NCBI GenBank assembly: GCA_964016885.1
Contig: OZ024747.1
Location: forward strand, 76,942,001 to 77,006,000
Origin: Eledone cirrhosa
Lineage: Eukaryota
Length of the DNA: 64,000 nucleotides
Direction: 5' to 3'
Position numbers and translations under genes: made by a program. Positions 41,264 to 55,539 of this stretch are shown piece after piece. Under the pieces are notes generated by a model, which was given only the letters and a program-made list of their open reading frames with translations, did no database searches and was not told where the DNA came from. The first letter of the stretch is position 1, and the number at the start of each line of letters is the position of its first letter.

Positions 41264-43700
41264 CCTTATAATAGTAATGAAAAAATGTTTATACATATTT
41301 AGCATAGAACAAAAGACAATCATTTAATCCTCGCTTGTCTACTTAAGGACACCTTTGCAGTTTTCAACATCCATACCAGTAATTGCTATCCCCCCCCCCC
41401 TCCAGCACCGCCCAAATAAAAACCAGGCGTCAGAGAAAGAGAATAGTTTCAACACTACTCGGGAATCATGGAAGACGTATGTAAGAGACAGAAACAACAT
41501 ACTTAGGATATCAAGGACGTGGAACAGATATAACATATAAGGAATAAATAAAATACATAGGTGCATAGTTATATATACTGTCATATATAGTCTTTAAATG
41601 GGTGATATGACACAGGATAATCTCTAGGTTGGTTCTCCTTAGTTTAAAAGTCATTTTTTAACTTTTCTGTGCAGTCTCATTTCTATTTTTGAAATGAAAC
41701 TTTTGGCGCTCATTGATGCTCAACAGTGTCTATGTTGATATTTATAGCAGCGGCATTTATTTCTTTTACCTTGTACAAAGAAATAAAGCTGGTTAGCAGA
41801 AACAACGGGGTACTTCTCTCAGAGTCTGGAAGAAATGAAGGGAGCGTCTTGTCGTTGTATGAAGGAAGTTGGTGAGACGAACGTGAGGGGGGGGGGGGGA
41901 GGTAGCAACAGATAGGAAGTTGGGACAGACAAGAAAAAGATGATTAGAATTGCAGTGAATAATAGCACAGCTAAAGCATAAGAGAAAACCTTTTTTATTT
42001 TTAAATTACTTAATTAACAAAGCTGGTTATATAAAACAAAACACACTATTGAAGGGAACAAAAGGAAGAAAATGAAAAGAAAGAAAGAAAAATGAATCAA
42101 GCAATGAAAGAAATGGAGAGCGAGAGGGACAGACACTACACCCCTGTCTGAGCGGTGCCTCCGCTGCGCCCTACAGACAAAATGGCGAAGCCATTACCTC
42201 GAAGAATTTTCAGAGACACCCGCTGCAGATTTCTTCCAGAGACAGATACAGAGTGAAAGAAAGGAATTGAGAAAGATATAGAGAAAGGATCAACCCAAAT
42301 ATTAAACTGGTACTTTTTTTTATCGACCTTAAATGGATGAAAGGTGAATTTGAGTTCGATGGGATTTAAACTCAGTGAGCAGAGGGCCGAAACAAATACC
42401 GCAAAGTATTCTATCGGACGTGTTAAGGTTGCTCAGAAAGGGCCGACCTATGACATAACCAACAACTAGAACATCAACAAAATTAAATGGTTGTCAACTG
42501 GTACAATAATTGTTTCTACTATTAGCATAAGGCCAGCAATTACCCCAGTGCATTACTGGTATTTTATTTTATCGACCCGTAAGGATGAAAGACAAAGTTA
42601 ACCTCGGCGGGATTTGAACTCAGGATGGCAAGGGCCGTAACTCTATGCGTCAAGGCATGGCGTCCGACCCTCTACCGATACTGCCAATCCACCACCCTTA
42701 TAATATTGCTAAGCAGTGTAGATGGATTATTTATAACTCTATTATATTTGTTGCAACATAAACACTGCTTTTAACTAGTTATAGTTCTAGGTGACTTCAA
42801 AGAAACTCGAGTGTCAACAGTGCAGTTTATGACGCCGCAAAAGCTATTTAGTTTCAATAAGATTCCCAGTGTTAGATAGCGTTTAAAGAAAGAATTTAAC
42901 AATTCTTCCACAGGGAATTACCATATTCTAAGCTTGAAATATTCTGCAAGCCGTGTGCACAGAAGTCGTTCCTAATACTACAATGGATATCAACTTGGCG
43001 TTTGATTTGATTATACTTAAATGTTTTACCAATGACTTCCAAAATGATGTCTTTCTTCTGACGTACACATCCTCTCTTTGTTGTTGGATAATACGTATGT
43101 ATTCATGTATGTATGTATATATATATATATATATATTTCGTTGTTACCCGTCTTCTCTCTCCCTCTACCTACCTATTTCGTTACTATCTACTCTTCTCCC
43201 TCTTTCTTCCTCTCCCTCTCACTTTCACTCACCCTCTCTCTGCTTGCCACCTCATTGTTTCCCTCGCCTCAACTTCTAACAGTCTTTTCTCTCTCACACT
43301 CGCTTGGGTCAGTCGTGTCTTTTTTCGTTCGACCACACGCTCGTGAACTTAAGTTCTGTTACCACTGTGGTCTTGGATCCTCTCTTCAGTTGTTGCACAT
43401 TCTTGGGTTTGTTGTTTTCTTTCGCTGTTTTCTCCTTCTTTCCCTTTTCCCCTTTTTCCCTTCTATTTTCGTTCTCTCTCTCCTCCGTTTTCCCAATAAC
43501 TTACCCAGTTATTGAACGCTCTGGGGGTAGATATATAGTCTTTAAAACGTTGAAATATCCGAGACCCCCAGTAGACAACTGAAGAGAAAAACTACCCCCC
43601 CCCCACCCGTTCTTGGTTTCTTCGTATTCTTATTCCATTTTAAGTCTAACTTAACTAGCAACTACACCGCCATCCTATTCTCCATATATATATATATATT

Positions 43701-43924
43701 TATTTATTAAAATAACAGGTTAAAGTTTAAGCAAAGAATCGCTGCTTTCACCCTCAACGGGATCTTCTAAAGATCCCGTTAAGGGTGAAAGCAGCGATTC
43801 TTTGCTTAAACTTTAACCTGTTATTTTAATAAATATTTTCTCTACGGTTCTTATATATTTGATATATATTTATCCTTATCGAGCCCTCTTTGGATTTTAG
43901 TCTTCAAATTTATTATTATTACTA
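43701..43924 (+). mobile_element. Family I fold-back hammerhead-tail element
   Basis: Palindrome 43701-43835 containing CTAAAGA tccc gttaa gggt GAAAGCA..TGCTT aaact. The copy at 30340-30412 has agttt CAGAAGA, so the composite core is CTGAAGA. Tail-only copies at 2417-2498 and 41018-41118 (-). Confidence 0.65.
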
Positions 43925-44087
43925 TATATATATATAACGGTTAAAATACTGGAGCGTGTTGGAGTTAAACACCCTCTTCGTATTATAGAAATGACAGTAA
44001 AAGGTATAGCTCAATGTAGTTAAACAGAGCCGAAAAATTAAGAGAGTAAAACAAAGAAGCCTTCAATACATCAAAAGTCTTGTTGGG

Positions 44088-45752
44088 TTGTTCCTCCTTA
44101 ATGAACTATATGCTACCTTCCCGCACCTTATAGGCGGACTATATCGTGATGATGCATTGTTTGTAATTAACTCTAGCACCAACAATGTAGAACATAATAA
44201 GAAGAAGCTTTATAAGTTTTTTAAAAGCTATAACCTTTCGATCACGATAGATAGAAATGATAGAGCGGTTAACTTTTTAGATGTGACTTTGGACTTGGTC
44301 ACTAATAGTTTTAAACCCTTCCATAAGCCTAATGAAATACTTTCTTATGTTAGTCCCAATTCTAACCACCCCAAGTCTATGATAAGCTCTATAATTAAGG
44401 GTGTATCTAATAGGATTTCCACACTCTCTAAGGACGTAGGGACATTTAATGAACATGCGGAGTACTATAATAATGCCCTAGCAAATTCAGGTTACTCTAG
44501 TAAAATACACTATAATAATAGTAACCTTAGAAAGTCTCCGCTTACTTTTAATAATAATAACATAATATCACATAACATGGCCATGAATGGGACTAGCAAA
44601 CATAGTAACCGTAAAAATTATATAGGCGTATCTGAACCCATCCATAAGTTAACCCACCGGACTCGTAATAGTGAATATAATACCTCTAGGAAACAAGTTG
44701 AACCCCCTGAGCGCTCACACATTGGTGATAATTTTGCTGGATCTTATTCTAATAATGTTGCTCCTACTGATCCTATCATTGGCCCTAATCCTTATGATGG
44801 GATTCCGGACAGCAGCAGATCTACTGGAGGTAGAAACTGTAATAGACTTAATGAAATTTTGGCTGATTCTATGAATGCGGCTTTAACTAATCCTTGTAGT
44901 AACCCTAGTCTCGATGGTGGGATATTTGATAATGGTAGAGTCGGTAAGAATAAAAATAGAAGGTGATTAAATACTTATTTTAACCCGCCATATAATCAGG
45001 ATGTATCAACTAATATCCCCAGGTCTTTCTTCTCTATCTTAGAGAAAAATTTCCCCCCTTCTCATAAATACCATAGTATTTTTAATAAAAATGTTATTAA
45101 ACTTTCATTCTCTACCACCCCTAATATTAGTTCTCATTTAGCTAGCACTAACAATAGGAAAATTAGGGATGGATTCTCCTCTCTACATACTACTAGTCTG
45201 AACAGATCTGGCAATGCATTGCCACCAGAACAGTCCTTATCTAATAGCAATCCTACGTGTAATGCATCACCACTTGAGCCAACCAATAACACCCGGAAGT
45301 GCAATTGTAGAGTGAGTGCTAACTGCCCTTTAAACGGTAACTGCCTTTCTAAGAACATTGTCTATGCTTGCGAAGTTATAACTAATTCCTCTAATAGAAC
45401 TTATATAGGCTCTACATCTAACACTTTTAAGACTAGGTTTAACTCTCATATCTCTAATTTCAAACATGTTAAGTTTAAGAATTCTACTTCTTTAGCACAT
45501 TATATCTGGGATCTTAAGGGAGCTAATATACCATATAGCCTTAACTGGCGTTTAGTAGCACGCTCTAACCACCTTTCTACACATACTAAGTTTTGTAATC
45601 TCTGTATCCTCGAGACACACTCTATAATTTTCTCTAGCGAATCCTTACTTAATAGAAAGTCTGAGATATTCTCTTCTTGCCCCCACGCTATTTCTAATTC
45701 ATACTTTTATTATAATCCTAAACGTTCTAGTAGTACAAATTGTACCCATTAG
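44088..45752 (+). pseudogene. PLE reverse transcriptase (C-terminal part) and GIY-YIG endonuclease, one in-frame TGA
   Basis: GGLYRDD, VNFLDVTLDL, SNHP, YFNPPY, CNCR..CPLNGNCL, IVYACEV..TYIGST..FKTRF..H, CNLCILE, LLNRKSEI..CPH. The two listed ORFs (44088 and 45219) share a frame and are separated only by TGA 44964-44966. Confidence 0.9.
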
Positions 45753-47542
45753 CTGATATATTCCATTATTTATTTTTTAGTTTAGGTTCTTTTGTTTGCC
45801 AACATTATTATTATCATCATTATTATCATTGGTTTTTGATGACTCTTTATTCTAGCTCTCATAATCTTTTGGCTACTGTACCATATCTATCTTCTTACGC
45901 ATTAAATTTTCACTATTACACCTTATGAATGTATATAAGATTATATATTTTACGCTATTTATTTTATTTTATTCTTATTTTTATTTTTATTTTATTCGGA
46001 TTCTTCTTTGGATACCCCCCCCCCCCCCCATGCGCACATAAACTTATTGTCAACCCCTCCGAATTGACTATGATTATATTTAACCCCCCCTCTTTTACGC
46101 TCCTTTCTATTATGTAATATAGTATATCGACTATATTTTATGCCCCTTTGCATGCTCCATACATTTCTTCATTTCTGTCCCTATTAGCCTACCTTAATTC
46201 TGCTTAAGTCAGTTTTTTAGATATCGTTATGTATATGATAGTAAAAAATTTTCATTCCTTTTTGTAAACATTTGTAACGAAATATTAACGTTTATAAACT
46301 TTAATTACTTAAACTATAGCTAATATTATACTGCCTTATTGGATAGTTTAAATATTTTAAATATTAATTTATCAAATAGGGTTTTCGAGTCATTTACAGG
46401 GGTTGTTTCCTTAGTTTTTACTTAACTACTTAACTGCATGTGAGACCTAAATGTATACGTTTGTTTTTGTTTTTTTAATTTCCGGTTGATTCTATTTATT
46501 TATTTTATTCTATATTTTATATTTTATATTTTATTTGTCATACTACTGTGAATTATATTTACTGTCTGGCACTTACTCATCCATATACATGTCTGTCTAC
46601 CAACCTTGTAATTATAAGTAATTATATATTATATTATGTTAATTTATTTTATATAATATATTATATTACATTGTATTTTTTATTGTAATATTGATCCTTA
46701 TTACTTACCGTTAATTATATGTAACATTATGATATGTTAAACTTTGTATATCATGTAAGATGTTCGTATTTTTTGTACCATCAAAATTTTTTTTGGGGTA
46801 TTGTACAATTTATTTTTCCTCACCTTCTCTGTAACCCAGTATGAATTGATTTGTTAACTTGAGTACCATTATATATTGTTTATTATAAATGTTAGTATAT
46901 TGTATATTATAAATGTTAGTATATTATTATTATATTATTATTGTGACATCTATATTGTTTGTGTAAATTAACCGGAGATTATCTATTCTATTATATTGTA
47001 TTATATAGTATATAATTGTATTGTTTATTATTTATTATATGTGCTACTTATAATTATATCATATTATTACCTCAAGTATATTGGGTAGATGTATTAGTAT
47101 TATTATTATTATTATTTTCATTCCTATCATGCTTATTTTTATATTCAAACTCTTAATAAGGTTTAATTTGTGCAGTTGAAGATGGATGTGTGTATTGTTG
47201 TATGTGTATGTGTGTGTACGTGTGCGCACATATATACATATGCATATTGTACCTTTTGATTTTTATTGTAATTTTAATGTTGGTAAAGGTATATTATATT
47301 ATATTACATTGTATTATATATAATTCCTGCTCTATATAACCACCTTTGTTTAGCTCTAGGTTTTTTGCTTTGGACTATATTTGTAATATGGTTCTTAAAG
47401 TTATATACATCCTTAGTAATTTTTATTATATATTTTTATTATTTTTATTATATATTTTTGCAATACTTTAGTGTATGTACACTCCATATACTTCGGAGCT
47501 TCCGGCTTGTATCTGCCGATATTACTTCTTGTTGTTTTAATT

Positions 47543-47580
47543 GCCCTGATGAGTCCTTAATAGGACGAAACATTGTCGGC
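47543..47580 (+). ncRNA. Type I hammerhead ribozyme of the PLE pseudo-LTR
   Basis: gcc CTGATGA gtcc ttaata ggac GAAAC att GTC ggc. Core intact, stem I gcc/ggc, 4-bp stem II, minimal stem III, GUC cleavage after 47577. Confidence 0.9.
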
Positions 47581-47625
47581 TAATAAAGACTTTTGATGTA
47601 TTGAAGGCTTCTTTGTTTTATTCTC

Positions 47626-47665
<40 letters not shown>

Positions 47666-47707
47666 TATGTATACGTACATACATATATGTATACAGACGT
47701 ACAGTAG

Positions 47708-47747
<40 letters not shown>

Positions 47748-47915
47748 CATGCACACATATATATATGTACGTATATATATGTGTGCATGTATGTATATAT
47801 ATATATATACATACTACTCTACGTCTGTATACATATATGTATGTACGTATACATACTTATATTTAAGTAACAGCCGTACTAAGAGTGAGAAATGAAATTT
47901 CGTTTCATTTTTTCC

Positions 47916-47983
<68 letters not shown>

Positions 47984-48065
47984 GTATACATATACATATA
48001 TATATACACGAATACATATATATATACACGTATACATATACATATATATACACGTATACATATAA

Positions 48066-48114
<49 letters not shown>

Positions 48115-48655
48115 GGTATACATATATGGAGATGTGTGTGTATATATACATCAATGCAACGCTCTGGTTCACTCGTTGCAGCTGATCCAAAGTTTCTTAG
48201 CATAGGAAGGTTCTTTCTAATTCATCTGCCTCTCGACACTCTAGACACGGCCACTTCTGATATCTTTGAGAGCCGAGAGGACATCATGCACACTGCGACA
48301 GAGGAGCTTAGCACCATTCCAGAAGTATTTCGGACGGGATTCAAGTAATTGAAGTATCACTGGGCTACGTGTCATTTGAACTTCACCAAATACATAGTTT
48401 CTTCCCCAGACTAAAGTCAGATAATTGCACTACATACTTCCTATATTTTACATTCGTGGAACATTCTGATTTAAACATATATGAAATATTGGTGAAATAA
48501 CTTTACTTTATGACATTAAGAACAACAGTTATTTATTTTAAAAAAATAAACTAATCGGTCACTGTTTTCTTGATAGTTTTATACAAAAGAGCATCTGATT
48601 TCTGTGAAATTATTCAAAAACATGAAGGAAACATTAATAACAGAAAATAAAATTT

Positions 48656-48740
<85 letters not shown>

Positions 48741-48808
48741 CACCATAGTAAAATCTAATATATGGAACATTATATTATGTAACATTATTTTAATTTATAT
48801 TCCTTTGA

Positions 48809-48928
48809 GTTCCGATGAGCCACTCTGTTTTTTAAATATGTTAATTATTTTCAACTGAACCAGATCAATTATGATACATAGTCATCTGATCCAGAAATAT
48901 TATACGGAGTAGCGAAACAATTGTAAAC
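48809..48928 (+). ncRNA. Type I hammerhead variant (CCGAUGA core, long stem II; family G)
   Basis: gtt CCGATGA gccactctgt ... acggagtagc GAA ACAATTGT A aac, within a ~330-bp insert between (TA)n tracts. Confidence 0.7.
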
Positions 48929-49058
48929 GGGCATTATTATTATTAATATTATTATTATTATTATTCTCTACATTCCTTACATCAAACTAAATATGTTGAC
49001 AATCTTTTAATAATGTCTTCCTTGTGAAATTTGTGGTCTTGTTTTGCTTAACTAATGA

Positions 49059-49090
<32 letters not shown>

Positions 49091-49138
49091 GTACCGATTG
49101 TGTTGTTATTTCTGTTTACCTTTTACATATATACATAC

Positions 49139-49215
<77 letters not shown>

Positions 49216-49488
49216 GGCTGTGTGTCTGTAGATATTTGGTTGTAGAAACAAGATAAAGATGCTCTGTAAATGTAGAATTTATTGAAAGCGAGGCTTTAAT
49301 TCCAGAGGAAATTTAATTTTCTCATTTCTCACATGTTCCTGTCATCTTGCAAAATAGCAAAATGTCAGATAAACTGGAAACTCTGAGAGTAACGATAAAT
49401 CGAGAGTTAAAGTTCCGAATATATTAACACATATACACTGAGGAGGAGCGTAGCCTAGTGGTAAGAGTGTTGCACTTACGATATTATT

Positions 49489-50123
49489 AACACACATACA
49501 CTCAGGAGGCGCCTGGCCTAGTAACACATACACTGAGGAGCCGCCTGGCCTAGTAACACATACACTGAGGAGCCGCCTGGCCTAGTAACACATATACTCA
49601 GGAGGCGCCTGGCCTAGTAACACATACACTGAGGAGCCGCCTGGCCTAGTAACACATACACTCAGGAGGCGCCTGGCCTAGTAACACATACACTGAGGAG
49701 GCGCCTGGCCTAGTAACACATACACTCAGGAGCCGCCTGGCCTAGTAACACATACACTCAGGAGGCGCCTGGCCTAGTAACACATACACTCAGGAGCCGC
49801 CTGGCCTAGTAACACATACACTGAGGAGCCGCCTGGCCTAGTAACACATACACTCAGGAGGCGCCTGGCCTAGTAACACATACACTGAGGAGGCGCCTGG
49901 CCTAGTAACACATACACTCAGGAGCCGCCTGGCCTAGTAACACATACACTGAGGAGGCGCCTGGCCTAGTAACACATACACTCAGGAGCCGCCTGGCCTA
50001 GTAACACATACACTCAGGAGGCGCCTGGCCTAGTAACACATACACAGAGGAGGCGCGTGGTCTAGTAACACATACACAGAGGAGGCGCGTGGTCTAGTAA
50101 CACATACACTGAGGAGGCGCCTG
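49489..50123 (+). repeat. 32-bp minisatellite, ~20 copies, derived from a SINE head junction
   Basis: Unit AACACATACACT(G/C)AGGAG(C/G)CGCCTGGCCTAGT; the progenitor-like GGAGGAGCGTAGCCTAGTGGTAAGAG is at 49442-49467. Confidence 0.9.
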
Positions 50124-51057
50124 GTAAAGTTAACCTCGACGGGATTTGAACTCAGAATATAAAGGACCATAACTCTATGCTGCAAACATGGCATCTGACA
50201 CTCTATGTTACTGGTACTTTATTTCATTGACACCGTAAGGATGACAAGCAAAGTTAATCTCGGCGAGATTTGAACTCAGACCATAAAGAACTGTAAACTC
50301 TATGATGCAAAGCATGTTGTCCGACTCTCTAACGATACTGCCAATCCACCAAAAATAATATCAAGAATGAATGAACAAAGGTGAGAGATAGGTAAAAATA
50401 AAATAGTAGTTTGCTCAGAAGATAATAAAAAGGGTAAGTATTATATGGAAGGTATTTTTAATCAAAATTAAATGGAATTGTTCATCATATTGTAAATTTT
50501 CATTCACTGATTTATAATAACATAGTTTCCACGAGAAAATATTATACTCGTAACACAATCGAAAGCCATAAAAGCCCATGGAAGCGTAACATCAACTGAT
50601 TCAATCCTCCATTTAACCTGCAGGTAAAAGCAAATAGCAGCAGAACTTAAACCTAGCACAAAAGCACTTCAACTACTACCTTCCACATTTTTATAAGTAA
50701 CTCTCCAAAAGTCCTCTCCGGCAACACGAGGTAGCTTAAGAAAATGATTTCTGACATCAGCATAAGAAATTACAGAAACATTCTTCCGTCTGATTATCAA
50801 CTGCAATGCACTGGCGTCAACAGCAACTTATATTCTCATAACGGAAAATGCCTCCAGGTATTGGTTGGTATATTGTGTTAAGGTGAAGATGACATGCAAC
50901 AATGAACGTTCTTATCTAAGCTTAACAGAGCGTACATTTAAGAGCACACAACACACATTTTCGTTTTGGCACTCATAGCAAAAGAAAAATAGTAACTTTA
51001 ATTCACAGTGTGTGTGTTTAGAGACTGAAAGATGCAGATGCCACACACAGTCATTAG

Positions 51058-51127
<70 letters not shown>

Positions 51128-51132
<5 letters not shown>

Positions 51133-51523
51133 GACCTGACCTGGTGGTTGTGGACAAAGAAAAAAGATCGTGCCTGATTGTGGATGTGGCCTGCCCGTTC
51201 GACACGAGAGTGCAAGAGAAGGAGAGGGAGAAAATTAACCGATACCAGGACCTAAAGTGGGAGGTGAAAAGGATTTGGAACTGCCATGAAGTCAAAGTGA
51301 TCCCGATTGTCATAGGCGCACTGGGGACTATCTCCAAAGGTTTCCAGGGATGGTTAAAGAAAATCGGCCCCTTCACGCTTTTTGGAACGCTTCAAAAGGC
51401 ATGCTTGCTTGGAACGGCAAGAACCCTCCGATACGTCCTGAATATCTGAGGCTGCAGGTAGTGGCTTGATATTCAATCCAACGGACTTTCCAGTTAACCA
51501 ACATCAATGACTGAGATTCAAGG
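51128..51523 (+). mobile_element. 3'-end fragment of the Dong subfamily-1 element
   Basis: Matches ~58790-59184 and sits in (TAA)n. Confidence 0.92.
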
Positions 51524-51561
51524 AATAACAATAACAATAATAATAATAATAATAATAATAA

Positions 51562-51879
51562 GAGAGTGCAAGAGAAGGAGAGGGAGAAAATTAACCGATA
51601 CCAGGACCTAAAGTGGGAGGTGAAAAGGATTTGGAACTGCCATGAAGTCAAAGTGATCCCGATTGTCATAGGCGCACTGGGGACTATCTCCAAAAGTTTC
51701 CAGGGATGGTTAAAGAAAATCGGCCCCTTCACGCTTTTTGGAACGCTTCAAAAGGCATGCTTGCTTGGAACAGCAAGAACCCTCCGATACGTCCTGAATA
51801 TCTGAGGCTGCAGGTAGTGGCTTGATATTCAATCCAACGGACTTTCCAGTTAACCAACATCAATGACTGAGATTCAAGG
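51562..51879 (+). mobile_element. 3'-end fragment of the Dong subfamily-1 element
   Basis: Same 3' end with a few substitutions (KSFQG); (TAA)n on both sides. Confidence 0.92.
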
Positions 51880-51891
51880 AATAACAACAAC

Positions 51892-51940
<49 letters not shown>

Positions 51941-51945
<5 letters not shown>

Positions 51946-54147
51946 TTGCTTAACCACAATGTATAAAATTTTAACATCAGTCCTAACTGATTACACATAT
52001 GACCACCTGATAACAAATGACCTATTTGCCATTGAGCAGAAAGGGTGTAAACGAGGCTCATATGGCTGTAAGGATCAGCTTCTGGTTAACAAAATGATAC
52101 TGGAAGATTGTCATAATAGACACAAAAATCTATCGATTGCTTGGATAGATTATAAAAAAGCATTTGATAGTTTGCCACACAGTTGGATTGAAAAATGTTT
52201 AGAGATTTTCAAAGTATCCCCCGTTGTCAGGAGGTTTTTGTCATTCAGTATGAAGACATGGAAAACGACACTCCTTTTGAATAGTGAAACAAAATCACTG
52301 GAAGCTGGAGAAGTTAATATTAATTGTGGAATTTTTCAAGGTGACTGTTTATCACCGCTTTTATTCTGCATCGCACTTATACTATTAAGTAAAATGCTCA
52401 ATGAAACAAAACATGGATATAAAGTCTATGACAAAACCATTAATCACCTGTTCTACATGGATGACCTGAAACTATTTGCAAAAAATGATGAACAATTGCA
52501 AGGGCTATTATCCACTGTGAAGCAGTTCAGTGATGACATTAAAATGGAGTTTGGACTAGATAAATGCGCCAAAGCAACGTTCACCAGAGGAAAGCTGCTG
52601 AAGAGTTCAGACATTAATCTTGATCGGGGGAACGTGATAAGAGAACTTGATCAAGAAAAAACTTAGAAATATCTAGGTGTTTGTGAAGGAGACGGAATCA
52701 AGCACTCGACAATGAGGGAAAGGATAAGGAAGGAATGTTACCGCAGAGTAAGAGCAATCTTAAGAACGGAATTGAATGCAAGGAATAGGATCGATGCCAT
52801 AAACACGCTTGCCATACCAGTAGTAACCTACAGTTACAATGTCATCAACTGATCAAGCACAGAGATCCGTAGGCTCGATACAAAAATTCGAAAATTCTTA
52901 ACCATGCACAGAATGCATCACCCTAAGGCAGATATAGATAGAATCTATCTCCCTAGGAAAGAAGGAGGACGTGGGTTAATCCAGTTAGACATTGCGTTGA
53001 AAACTGCAACAATTGGATTATCTACATATCTAAGGGAATCACATGATTGGATGATCAAACTCGTTTTGAAACACGAAAGCATCAAAAGATCATATTCCAT
53101 TACAAAAGATGCACAAAGATACAGTAATGGACTACAAATTTCAGAAGTCCCATTTACTGCTGAAATGGAAAACACAGAAAAAGCAAAGCAGGTAAAAGTA
53201 ACTGCAAAGAAAGAACTGCTACAGAAACTGGCTAAGAAATGGCAAGAAAAGCCTCTGTATGGAAAATACCCAGAGCGAGCTAACAATCCTGATGTTGACA
53301 AAACTTTAACCCATCAGTGGTTGGCATCCTCTGGACTGAAATCGGAGACTGAAGGACTGATTATATCGGCACAAGATCAGTGTCTGCCAACAAAAAATTA
53401 CCAAGCCAACATAATAAAAAATGGGTGCAGCCCATTATGCTGTGTATGCAAAAAACAACCAGAGACCATTGACCATATAATTTCAATGTGCAGTCCTATA
53501 GCTCCAACCGAATACCTAAACAGGCATGACAGAGCTGCACAATACATACATTGGATAATGTGTAAGCATTTTGACCTGCCCCATCAAAAGAATTGGTGGG
53601 AGCATCAACCACCTCCCATACTTGAAAAAGATCACATCTCAATCTTGTGGAACTTTAGCATCCAAACAGACCGAAAAATAGATGCAAACAGACCTGATAT
53701 AATATTGAAAGACTTTCAAAAGAGGGTATGCCTGCTAATTGATATGTCTGTTCCAATAGACAAGAATGTATCTATAAAAACATTTCGAAAATTGAGCAAG
53801 TATAAAGACCTGGAGATAGAAATTGGAAAAATGTGGAAATTGAGAACTAAAACAATACCAGTGGTTGTAGGCGCTCTGGGAATGATACCTAAGGGGTCTA
53901 ATGATTACATATCGCAAATCCCAGGAAACCCGCGTATAGGAGAAATACAAAAGATAGTATTAATGGGAACTGCCCATATACTAAGGAAGATTCTGTCAAT
54001 ATAAGTACATCACAAGTCTAAACACTAAAGATGCATGTGTGAATATGTATGTTCTTTCTTGAACATGGCGGACCTTGTTGTCTCTTGAGGTCACTGGTTG
54101 TGACTTGGTGATAACTCGTATGAACATAAAGCAAGATAAATGCAACT

Positions 54148-54148
<1 letters not shown>
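51941..54148 (+). mobile_element. 5'-truncated R4/Dong element of a second, divergent subfamily with two nonsense codons
   Basis: ITCL..EQKG..WIDYKKAFD..GIFQGD..FYMDDLKL..CCVCKKQPETIDHIISMC..RHD..RPDII in one frame, with TAG at 52664 and TGA at ~52850; (TAA)n on both sides. Confidence 0.9.
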
Positions 54149-54224
<76 letters not shown>

Positions 54225-54234
54225 TTAAAAAAAT

Positions 54235-54592
54235 ATCGTGCCTGATTGTGGATGTGGCCTGCCCATTCGACACGAGAGTGCAAGAGAAGGAGAGGGAGAA
54301 AATTAACCGATACCAGGACTTAAAGTGGGAGGTAAAACGGATTTGGAACTGCCATGAAGTCAAAGTGATCCCGATTGTCATAGGCGCACTAGGGACTATC
54401 TCAAAAAGTTTCCAGGGATGGTTAAAGAAAATTGGCCCCTTCACGCTTTTTGGAACGCTTCAAAAGGCATGCTTGCTGGGAACAGCAAGAACCCTCCGAT
54501 ACGTCCTGAATATCTGAGGCTGCAAGTAGTGGCTTGATATTCATTTCAACAAACTTTCCAGTTAACTAACATCAATGACTGAGACTCAAAGA

Positions 54593-54593
<1 letters not shown>
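54235..54593 (+). mobile_element. More diverged 3'-end fragment of the Dong subfamily-1 element
   Basis: DVACPFD...RYVLNI plus 3' UTR, with (TAA)n flanks. Confidence 0.9.
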
Positions 54594-54653
<60 letters not shown>

Positions 54654-55539
54654 TAATAATGAAGACGCACGAGGTGACGGAGGTCATGAAATCGCTCCCG
54701 TAAGTTTTGAATTTTTAACATATTTAAATCATTTGTGAAATAACAACTCTTAGTACAAATGCTACGTAAAGCACCCGGCTTGAGCCCCAAAAAAATTCGG
54801 ACCCCAAATATATTATTATAAGGCTCAAATATTCAAATATTCAACTTTGTATTGTACACTGTATATCCAAAAAAAATAAAATGGCTATAAATGGAAGAAG
54901 AAGAACCCCCCCCCCCTCCTCTCCTCTGGCTACACTATATAGGACAGCGAAACTCACCAACACCAGAAACTAGATACACCACCCACCCCATCATCTGTGT
55001 ACACTAAACACAACAGCATTTTCACCTTCACCGCCACCGCTCACTACGGCCATCATTACCACCACTATCCCATCACCGCCGCCACCACCCCTTGACTCCT
55101 TCACTGCTGCTGCCACCGCTACAGCACCATCACTACAGTAATACGGTCGCATCACCGCCACCACTGCCTCGGTATCGACATCACCACCACCACTGTCTCA
55201 GTATCGCCAACGCCGCCAGTCTCTGCTGGCTGCCACTTCCACATTATAGAATTCCTACTACTAACAAAGAGGAAGGCATCAAAATATATAGATAGACTCA
55301 AAAGAAAAAAGAAAAAACAAACAACAAAAGCAGCACAGCAACAACAGCAAAAAACGAGAAAAACAAACAGAGAAAAACAAAAAAAAAAAAGAAACCCCAA
55401 AAACGTAAAGAAAATAAGAATGAAGAGAGAAGCAGGCGGACGGACAGAGAAGAGGGGGGAAAAAGTAAAACTTAAAAAACAAAAACTAAGTCAGACATTC
55501 GAATACTACATTACAATGAAACTTATGCTTATTCATTTT

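Larger units (their letters stand above)
43936..47630 (+). mobile_element. 5'-truncated Penelope-like retroelement (Neptune-like) with inverted 5' tail, between (TA)n tracts
   Basis: RT and C-terminal GIY-YIG ORF, ~1.8 kb AT-rich 3' region, hammerhead at 47543-47580. The tail AAGACTTTTGATGTATTGAAGGCTTCTTTGTTTTA(T/C)TCTCTTAAT at ~47586-47630 recurs inverted at ~44037-44081. Confidence 0.9.

Noticed and set aside
49489-50123. CRISPR-like regular array
   Set aside because: No unique spacers, no cas genes, eukaryotic context; it is a tandem minisatellite.
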